This document shows, piece by piece, positions 51,207 to 64,000 of a stretch of 64,000 nt of DNA. The stretch is from the human T2T-CHM13v2.0 reference genome, Homo sapiens. Within the stretch, counting starts at the first letter, position 1. Each line of letters starts with the position of its first letter. Position numbers and translations under genes: made by a program. The notes beneath the pieces are model-generated. The model did no database searches, was not told the origin of the DNA, and saw only the letters and a list, made by a program, of their open reading frames with translations. The stretch is from NCBI RefSeq assembly GCF_009914755.1, contig NC_060931.1, one strand, 5' to 3'.

Positions 51207-52369
51207 TAAAGAACTCTTACAACTCAGTAATAAAAGGACAAACCCAGTTTTTTTAAGTGGGCAAAGGATTTGAATAGACATTTCTCCAAAGAAGATATAC
51301 AAATGGCTAACAAGAACATGAAAAGATGTTCTATATTATTAGTCATTAGGAAACTGCAAATCAAAACCAAATGAAATACCAATTCACACCTACTAAGATG
51401 GCTTTAATTAAAAAAACAAATAGATAATAACAAGGGTTGATGAGGATGGAGAGAAACTGTAACCCTCATACATTGCTGTTAGGAATACAAAATAGTGCAG
51501 CAACTTTGAAAAACTGTCTGGCAGTTAGTTCCTCAAAGTGTAAAACAGAGTTACCACAAGACCCAGCAATTCTATTCCTAGGCATACAGCCAGGAAAAAT
51601 GAAAATATATCTACACAAAAACTTGCACGTGAATGTTCATGGTGGCATTATTCATAATGGCAAAAACATATAAGTAGCCCAAATGTTCATCAGTTGATGA
51701 ATGGATAAACAAAACATGATATATGTGTATGATGAAATATTCAGCCATAACAAGAAATGAAGTACTGATACATACTACTACATAAACAAACTTTGGAAAC
51801 ATTACATTAAGTAAAAGCAGCCAGTCACAAAAGGCCACATAATATAATTCTATTTATATGAAATATTTCAACCAGCAAATCCATAAAGGCAAAAAGTAGA
51901 TCAGTGGTTGTCAGGGGCTGCAGGGAATGACTACTAATGCATAAAGGGTTTCTTTTGGGGAGTGATAAAAATGTTTTGGAATAAGATAGTGGTGAATATA
52001 GTAAAAACCACTGAATTACACAGTTTTAAAAAGTTAATCGTATAGTATGTGAATTATTTCTCAATTAAAACAGAAGGGAAAAAAATCTAAGGATCTATTT
52101 AATTTCAATGTAATGAGAAAAAGCAGCGAAATAAAAATTTTATTTTTTATCATTTAGTTAATTAAATTTAGTCTAATTATTCTTACTCTCACAAGATACA
52201 ATGAAATCTTACAAACTGCCCATAAATGATATATAATGGACTGTTCTGCATTCCACAGGAAGCATCCAGCTTCCAGTATTAATTTCATTGAAGGGTTTGA
52301 CACAATGCCTCTGTATTATTCTAGGTTCTATATAGACTAAAAATCAGAAAGGCTGCCAAGTGTAAGAAT

Positions 52370-52610
52370 GATACGGTGATTAAACGCATGGGCTGTAAAT
52401 TCAGAATGTCTGGGATTCAAACCTTGGCTACCAATTACAAGTTGTGTAACCTTGGCCATATTATTAAATCCCTCTGTGCCTGAATTGCTTCATTTATAAA
52501 ATGAAAATGAGAATAGTTAAGTGTAACTCAAAGGGTAGGCTGAAGATTAAATGAACTAATATATGATTAGTACCTGATACATAGTAAATACTCAGTAAAT
52601 GTCAGGAGCT
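52370..52610 (+). mobile_element. MIR
   Basis: ggattcaaaccttggc...tgtgtaaccttggcca...ctctgtgcctg...aagattaaatga. Confidence 0.75.
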
Positions 52611-53334
52611 GTTACTGTCTTCATCAGTCTACAGGGGACTGTAGGATTCAACCATAAATTCTGAAGTAGTTAGGACTCAGCTGTAGGGTGATTACAGAGA
52701 CAGTATCCCTTCATCTCTGGGCTCCAATAAATCAAGTACAGAAAGAAGAATCTACTACTAGAAAAGCATCTAGCATTATATCTTACACATAGAAGGCATT
52801 CCAATAATTTGTTGGATAAATGAATATGGAAACACTGAGAGGAAATGAAGAAACTCTGGGGAACAACTTTTCAGAGTAAATTTATCTTTTCTTCCTTTGG
52901 ATGATGGTAGAAAAAAGGGAACCAAAGATCAACTGAGAAGACAAATTTGAAATTCTTTAGAGTACTGTATCTCATATTTCACTGTAGTTATCATCAAGGG
53001 AATCAATAGAATGTTAACTGTTATCTGCCAGTAGGAGAACATCTAGAACTGAAAAGATGGCTTTTAAATAAATTAGTACGTGGGAAAAAGAAAATCAAGA
53101 GGATTTCTGATGGTGGTGTAACCAATTTCTCTGTTTTGCTACAATGAAGAGAAGAAGCAAGAATAAGTAGTTGAAGATTTATCTTCCTATAGAAACTTAA
53201 AAGGGGTTTCTGTTGAAATGTTATAGAATAAAATAATCATAGCACAACTTCTACTTGACAGCATACAAACTAATCTGAAGAAAAACTGAACACTGGAAAT
53301 TTTTGACTTATTAGACTCTTACTTCAGGAAATGT

Positions 53335-53712
53335 AAGCATAGTCACTAGTATAGGGGTGATATGTGACCTCATTCTAGTCAATGAGATATAAAAGGAAGA
53401 GTTATAGAGGATTTTTGAGAAAGATTTTCTTCCTAGCAAGAGCTTAGTATACAAGAGAACTTCTCTGTTCTCTGCTTTCTGCTTTGAGGAGTTGTATGAG
53501 GGAAAGATCTTAAAAATCTGCTGTGGTCTTGACAGAAAAGCTAAAGGGACTATAGCGATTCAACCAAGTATCTGACAACTGACCTGTGTAGAACTAGTCT
53601 TACAATAATTTACCTCTACGCTTCTTGCTATGTGAAAGGAAATGAAAATCCCTATTTGTTCCAGAAACTTATTCTTGAAGGGTTCTGTTTCTTGCAGTTA
53701 AACGCATTTATA
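53335..53712. mobile_element. Probable MLT1 MaLR LTR
   Basis: atgtgacctcattctagtcaatgagat...ttctgtttcttgcagttaaacgcat. Confidence 0.55.
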
Positions 53713-53915
53713 ATTTTTATGGATTGGGATTTATTCCTTAATTTTTCTCATGTTTCCTCTAAAATTTCCCATCTCTCTGCTTTTACTCTGCTTTCTAGAA
53801 CATTTATCTTCCAATATTTATTTTTCAACATTTATTTATATATATACAACACATACATATATACACATGTACATACCTATATGTCTGTATATACATATAT
53901 TTTTAAAAATTTCTG

Positions 53916-54239
<324 letters not shown>

Positions 54240-54244
54240 TTATT

Positions 54245-54462
54245 AATCGGAATTAGTTTAGCCTGTGCAGTCTAACCCTAGCCAACAGGGGAATGACACA
54301 GCAGCAAGAGCCACATGCATATGGGATAAGAACCCCTTCCCCTCCCTTGTCCAAGTGTGCGCTCACCATTGCTCCATCTGTAAGGGCGCACCCTTCTATA
54401 GACGTAACTTGCCTTGCTGAGAATTAAAAAGAAAATTAAAAAAAAATAAAAATAAAAATAAA
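54245..54462 (+). mobile_element. LTR10-like (HERV-I) U3/R fragment with poly(A) tail
   Basis: aatcggaattagtttagcctgtgc...ccttgctgagaattaaaaagaaaatt matches recalled LTR10A/F consensus; A-rich tail replaces U5. Confidence 0.75.
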
Positions 54463-54734
54463 TTTCTGGCTATTGTATTTTTAATTTCCAAGAGGTCTTT
54501 CTTGTTCTCTGTTACTTTTGCTTCTTTAGTATTGCTACAAAGCAAGACAGGACTAATAGATCTTATCTCTGATGCTAATTATAGTTATTTTTAAGTTTTA
54601 TTCTGTTTTCTGCACTGTTTCTGAGTTTCTGTTGACCATTTCTGCTGCTGTCTTTCCTGTTGACAGCTTTCTTTAAATATCTGGTTATTCTTAACTGTCC
54701 ACTCATATTTCAGAGTTAAGAATTCTTAAGATAT

Positions 54735-56900
<2,166 letters not shown>

Positions 56901-57065
56901 AGTGTAAAGGAATCTTAAATGGCAGATGAGAAACCTGCAGAACGGTGGGTCTCAGTGAGTAATCAGTAGATCTAGCTCTTCACTGATGGGCCTTTAAATA
57001 TCAGTATGTACAGGTCTTTTCTCTTGGGCTGGTTAGAGTCCATTCATAGTATATAAAATGGTGAT

Positions 57066-57362
57066 GGCCAGGCACGGTGGCTCACGCCTATAATCCTAGC
57101 ACTTAGGGAGGCCGAGGCAGGTGGATGACTTCAGGTCAGGAGTTTGAGACAAGCCTGGCCAACATGGTGAAACCTGTCTCCACTAAAAATACAAAAATTA
57201 GTCGGGAGTCATAACGCACACCTGTAATCCCAGCTACTTGAGAGGCTGACGCAGGAGAATCACTTGAACCCAGGAGAGGAGGCTGCAGTGAGCTGAGATC
57301 GTGCTACTGCATGCCAGACTGGGCAACAGAGCGAGACTCCATCTCAACAAAAAATAAAAAAA
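57066..57362 (+). mobile_element. AluS
   Basis: TSD aaaatggtgat. Confidence 0.93.
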
Positions 57363-57476
57363 TAAAATGGTGATAAGTGCAATGTTCTAAAACTCATTTA
57401 TATGTTCATTGTCTATATATCCATCCCCTCATTAAAATATAAGCTTAAAAAGGCGGAGATTGTTGGCCATTTTTTA

Positions 57477-57801
<325 letters not shown>

Positions 57802-59725
57802 CTATTCCCCAAGGCCTAGAGCAGTACAAGATAAATCAACTATTTATAGAATTCTTAATATTTGAATCAGGAACTATGTTATTTCATAATTATAAACTCA
57901 ATTAATCCTTAACTTACCCAAGATGTGATATTATTTCCACTTTACTAATGAGGTGGGGTATAAGAAGGCTGGATATCTTGAGTACAGAAACTAAGCCAGA
58001 GTTGGGATTCAAACATGGAGTCTGTATGACTCCATGGCTCATCGTAATTATTATATTATACTGCTGCCTTCAGTGTGTGTGTATGTACATGTGTATATGC
58101 ATACCTTTGCATACTACATACACATAATACACACACATTGTATACCACAAGTCCCCAAGATAAGAATCTGTTTTACCACAAGCTAATAATATAACCTGTG
58201 AGTTATGGTCTGATGTATGCTGTCCTACTCAGATTTAATTTTAATAAGTAGTTCAATTTTGTGTGTCTAATTCTAAAAGAACCAACCAAAAAGACTGTAT
58301 CTAATAAAAGGTCCATAAATTATGTTACTAAGAATGGCTGAAGGGAATAGAAATATTTAGCCCAAATAAGAAAAGCTGTCTGGGGGGTGAGGGTGGGGAA
58401 AGAGCGAGACAATGTCATGATAAAGGTAGAATAAGATAGAGATCAAGAACACAGATTTCTGACTTAGATATCTGCCTTCTTTCCTAACTAGCAGTGTCAC
58501 CTTAGTTAAGTTACTTAACCTCTCTGTTTTTTCACTTGTAAAATGGGAATAACAAAAATATCCAGTACCTAGTATCTTGCTCAAAGTAACTATAAGAAAT
58601 GAGTTAAGCAATAAAATACATTTAACACAGTACTGGGCACAGAATAAGAAGCTCTAAGGTTTGTTGTTAGTGATCAGTCTTCAAATAGTAAAAAGCCTGA
58701 AGAGTTATGTGAGGAGGGGGCAGTGAATCACTGCTATAGTGGGGACATAGCTATTGATGCAAATGAATTACATCTCAGCATGGGTTCAAAGTCTCCAAGA
58801 CATAGAAATGGTTGGAAGAAAAACTGCTGGTTATATTGTCTAATTCTGATTAATAAAAAATTGCCATTCTCATTAGCAGTACTTGCTTCCTTATGACACC
58901 TTTGATCAGCCTCCTAATAATATATGTATAGAAGATAGCACAGGCTATTAGGAAGTACACTAACTAGTAATGAGAAATAAGAATTCTAGTCCTAGCTTTG
59001 ATATTAACTAGGAGTGTGATCTGGGATGAGCCACATGAAGAAGAGGAGAAAGAAAACAGCATATTAGCTGTTATTTCCAAACTTCCAAGTTTACTTCAGA
59101 AATATAAACTTAACTTTCTCATAAAATCCTTAAGACTTAACTGGCCCTTCAAAAAGTAATTAAATTACTAAGTTACAAATTTAGTTCAGAAGTCTTTCAA
59201 TCTGTGCTTAAAAATCTCTGGTATTTGGAGCCAAATGGCAACCTGATCATTTCTAATTTAGAGTTCTCCATCTCCTTGCCTCACTAGTGATGACAGCTGA
59301 GCCAGCTTTTATAAAGAAAGGGTGTGTAGGGTAGTAGTGAGCAGTGTGGGCTGTAGAGCCTTACCACCTAGATTCTGTAACACCTTGTTGGCTGTGGAGT
59401 CTGACTGACTACTTAAGAAAACTAATGCTAAGAAAGCTCATCTGTGATTATAACAGCACCTACTAACTCATAGGATTAATGAATATAAATTTACAATTAT
59501 GCTCAAGGCTTGACACAAACCTCAAGGCATTATTAAACAGTAAAGCTAAACAATGTTGAGCTATTTAAAAATTACAAATTTTACCTATAAGGAAGCAGAA
59601 ACCAATTTTGGGGAAACTCATTCTGGAAAAAATATTTTAAAAAATTACCCCATTTTCCAATATGGTAACTGGTTTGCTGAGCTCCAAAACTGTGTGCTTT
59701 CTCTTTAAAAAAAAAAAAAAAAAAT

Positions 59726-60043
59726 TGGCTAGGCACAGTGGCTCACACCTGTAATCCTAGCACTTTGGGAGGCCAAGTGGGTGGATCACAAAGTCAGTTC
59801 GAGACCAGCCTGGCCAATATGGTGAAACCCCATCTCTACTAAAAATAGAAAAAATTAGGTGGACGTGGTAATGTGCGCCTGTAGTCCCAGCTGCTCAGGA
59901 GGCTGAGGCAGGACAATCGTCTGAAGCTGGGAGGCGGAGGTTGTAGTGAGCTGAGATTGTGTCACTGCACTCCAGCCTGGGCGACAGAGCGAGACTCCGT
60001 CTCAAAAAAAAATAAATAAATAAAATAAAAATAAAAATAAAAA
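59726..60043 (+). mobile_element. AluS
   Basis: Full dimer, (TAAAA)n tail. Confidence 0.93.
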
Positions 60044-60293
60044 TTTAATTCAGAGTAATACCTTGAAATTTATATCACTTCCCCCTTAGTTCTGATGTTT
60101 TCTAAATTATAAAATACATGTTTATTTTAACAAGTGACACAAAACAAGATTAAGAAGTATAATACAGGCAAAGCTAATTCTCTCTTCCCAAATCTATTCC
60201 TAATCCCACCTCCTAAAATAATCAAGATTATCAGTACAAATGTTTTTATAAGTTCATTTTTTTTCTTTTCAAAATTACTAGATATGATACTCA

Positions 60294-60404
<111 letters not shown>

Positions 60405-62204
60405 CTAAAAAATATTTCAAAAGAATTTAAATAAAAATCACTTAGTATATGAATTAGAAATATTTTAACATAGACAACTACATCACAGTAACTGCCAGTG
60501 TTCCTCAAATTTTGAGCTTAGAGATCATTTAGTACAGTGGTTTTTCTCTTTTATTATGAAACATCTTTAAATTTTTTTCTACACTAGTAATACAACGTAT
60601 TCTCAACTATAAAAGATTCAAAGAATACATGAATATTCAGAATAAACCATGAAATCTCTCTTCATCTTCCTCACATTCCCAGGCCCCCTTTCAAAAAGGT
60701 TAAGTTCTGTTTATGGTTTGGTGAGCAGCCTTCCATGTCTCCCTTTTACTCATGGAAAAAACATTAAGACATACATATATGAAATGTACACATATAATTA
60801 AATACTATATATAAAATACTTTTAACACTTGCTTTTTTCATGGAGTAATGTCTCAGAAGTCTCTCCACGTCAATATGCATATATTTTACTCCCTAATGGT
60901 TATATAGCATTCATTTCATAGCATTGCACTGCTTATTTCAACAGTCTCTAAACTTCAGTGGTATCCAGGGGTTAGGTGGGCATAGACAATTTTAAGAGAA
61001 TTTCCAGATCCTCAAGTTTTATCTGTATGCTCCCTGATTGATCTGCTTAAGAACTGGTTCTCCTTGTCTACTTCCTCTTTTAAAATAATTATTTTCCACT
61101 TTATAAAAGAAAGGCAAAGTTCTTTTCCACCTCAAATACTACTAAGATGCACCATTCTGAGACGTATAAATTCCAAAGTACCTAACAAATAGACAATTAA
61201 ATAGGGAAATTCCTTGAGAGAAAAGGGGGAAAAATTAAGAGCAGGACCATATTTTATCAATGAAACAAATTTGTGGCAAGGCTCCAAGCCTTACCCATCA
61301 CCAGCCAGCCAGACTAGAATCCAGAAGTTTAGTGGTTATTAAAAGGCATATATTAGTATATCTGTTTTAAGATAAATAAGTAATCAGGTTTTTTTTCTTA
61401 ATAAAAAAGAAAAACAGTCCAATTTGTCTGGTTTGATAGTGAGAACTGGCTATTAGGTTATACGGAAGATTCTGTTTCTAAGTTGAATGATCTAAATCTG
61501 CAGCTTTAAGGCTTGTCCAAAAAATGTATTTAACATAAATATAACACACAGTAGAAATTATGGCCTTTTAAACTATTCAAAGTTATAATGAAAAAATGTC
61601 AGATATCAATTTTTAAATGTACTGGGAAATAAATGAAAAAAAAGAGTTCCAAATCTCTTGATTTAATAATTTCCTTACTAAAGGACATTTAGATTATTCC
61701 ATTTCCTCAACATCAAACAATACTCCAACAAATAGTTCTGAACTGCTTTTCAGAGTAAAAGTGCAAGTTTTATTTTTTGGTATCTAGGTATAGGATTCCA
61801 GGATTGAAGGATATACCTATTTTAAAATTTAATAAATATGCCAAATGGTCTTCCAAAAGAAGAAATGTATCAAGTCAAGTCCCTATCTGCAGGGTATAAG
61901 TCCACTCTTCCCCACAATCTCACCAACACCCAGCACAATCACACTTCTAAACTTTTGCCAGTCTGAAAGGGAAAAGGCAATCATGTTTTAATTTGTATTT
62001 CTTACAAAGTTGAGCACTTTTTATGCTTACTGGCCATTTGAGATTTTGGAAAATTCCCTATACTGCACTCCCTTTTATTCTATTGAGTTGTTTGTTTTTT
62101 CCATATTCATTTATAGATAGTCTTTATTCTGGATATTAATCTTTATTCTTCTACAAATGTTAAGGTCTTTCAATTGTTTTTCATGACTCTTGTCATATAA
62201 AGTC

Positions 62205-62710
62205 TTGCTACTCAAAGTGTGGGTCCACAGACCAGAAGCAGCAGCATCTTCTGAAAGACTGTGAGAACAGCAGAAGCTGGCCTAGCATAGTGGCTCACAT
62301 CTGTAATCCCAACACTCTGGGAGGCCGAGGCAGGTGGATTGCTTGAGCCCAGGAGTTCACAACCAGCCTGGGCAACATAGCAAAACCCCATCTCCATAAA
62401 AAATACAAAAATTAGCCGGGCATGGTGGTGCATGCCTGTAGTCCCAGGTACTCAGAAGGCTGATGTGGGAGGATTACCTGAGCCCAGGAGGTTGAGGCTG
62501 CGGTGAGCCATGAGTGCACCACTACACTCCGGCCTGGGCAACATAGTGAGACTCAGTTTCTACCGCCGCCCCACAACCTGCCAAAAAAAAAAAAAAACCA
62601 AAAACCAAACAAACAAACAAAACACACAGCAGAAGCTCAAGCTCCATCTCAGATCTACTGAACTTTAACAAAATGATTCATATGCATATTAAAGTCTGAG
62701 AAGCAGTGAT
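62205..62710. mobile_element. MER5-like hAT element interrupted by an AluJ (62279-~62625, plus)
   Basis: ctactcaaagtgtgggtccacagacc...catattaaagtctgagaagcagtg; Alu TSD acagcagaagct. Confidence 0.75.
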
Positions 62711-63318
62711 AGAGGTTCCAAATTGTTTTTCCAGTCAGGTATTTCAATGTTTTCTTTCATGATGCCTTTGCTAATTTTTCATATCTCCAAAAAGTGTCAG
62801 ATGGCTTCTTTTGTCAAGCTACACTTACTCCCTAGGTGATCTCATCCAATCTTGTATCTTTATATGCCAACTATGAACTGATGAAGCCCAAAATTTAAAA
62901 TCCAACTCTACCTTTTCCTCTCAACACCAGATTCCTAACTGCCTGCTGAATATGTCTACTAGTATACCTAATAGGCATTTCAAACTTAACATGTTCAAAG
63001 ACTAACTTCTGATCTCCCCCATCACCCCCACAAAACTTGTTTTTCCTAGTCTCTTTACCTCAGGAAATAAGCTCCCTTCTTTGAGTAAACCAAAAACTTC
63101 AGCATCATCCTTGACTCTTTTCTCACATCTGACAATCCATTTCAATCCATCTCCAAATCAAAATATATGTAGATATTAGTCACCTTCTCTAACTTTACCA
63201 CCCTGGTCTAAGCCACCTTCATTTCTCTGTTAGTTTATTAACAAGAGTTTCTGAAATGGCCTCTCCTATTTCATGCCTAGAATGGCACAGTAGCTATTCT
63301 TCAAAAACTGTAACTGCA

Positions 63319-63570
63319 GGCCATGCATGGTGGCTCACGCCTGTAATCTCAGCACTTTGGGAGGCTGAGACGGGAGGATCGCAACATAGTAGGACCCTGT
63401 ATCTACAAAAAAAAAAGAAAAAAAAAAAATAGCCAGACGTGGTGGTGTGTGCCTGTGGTCCCAGAGGCTGAGGTGGGAGGATTGCTTGAGCCTGGGAAGT
63501 TGAGGCTGCAATGAGCTGTGATCGCGCCACCCCAACCTAGGCAACAGAGTGAACCCCATCTCAAAAACAA
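63319..63570 (+). mobile_element. AluJ with internal deletions, within L2 sequence (~62800-64000)
   Basis: TSD aaaact(g/a)taactgca; flanks L2-like (caaacttaacatgttcaaa, ctgcctggaatgctcttccc). Confidence 0.85.
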
Positions 63571-64000
63571 AACTATAACTGCAGATCACATGTCATTCTC
63601 TTGCTCAAAACCCTCCACTGGCTTCCCCACTAAAAATCACCAAAGCCATGACCTGGCCCTCTGCTATTTGTCTAGCTTCATTTCTTATTGTTCTCCCGTC
63701 ACTCATCCCATTCCAATCACATTTGGCCTAACTGAACGTGCCAAGTATACTCCCAGTGCAGGACTTGTGAATTTACTATTCCTTCTGCCTGGAATGCTCT
63801 TCCCCTAAGATTTCTATAAAGTTTGCTGTCTTACCAAGTTCATTCATCTCTTTATCCCAATGTCACCTTATCAATGAAGCATTCTCTTACCTTCTCATTT
63901 AGAAAGGCTCTATCCCTCCCATTCCTTAAAGGCACAGAATCAGCTTCTATGCCCTTTGTTAATTTTATTTGTTCCGTAGCATATGTGACCACCTTACTAT

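Overview
Human (or great-ape) genomic DNA carrying the 5' half of the BRAF proto-oncogene on the minus strand. Coding exons 2-8 (aa ~47-380: BRAF-specific region, Ras-binding domain, cysteine-rich domain and the CR2 S365 14-3-3 site) all have canonical GT-AG boundaries and look wild type. Exon 1 lies beyond the right edge; exon 9 onward (kinase domain) lies beyond the left edge. The rest is intronic: about 35 Alus, nested L1s, L2/MIR, Tigger/hAT DNA transposons, solo LTRs and microsatellites. Nearly all supplied ORFs are repeat-derived or chance ORFs. I found no unknown protein-coding system. The notable items are intronic: (1) a ~225-bp tandem duplication that copied the exon 7 splice donor; (2) an 80-nt poison-exon candidate between exons 4 and 5; (3) a ~110-bp polyadenylated retrocopy with its own ATTAAA inside an Alu, sense to BRAF; (4) a palindromic double Alu bounded by a single TSD pair; (5) a templated-insertion scar copying 30 bp from an L1 1.7 kb away; (6) an L1-mobilised polyadenylated LTR10-like fragment. 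Repeat names are from recalled consensus sequences, and repeat boundaries are approximate unless a TSD is cited.
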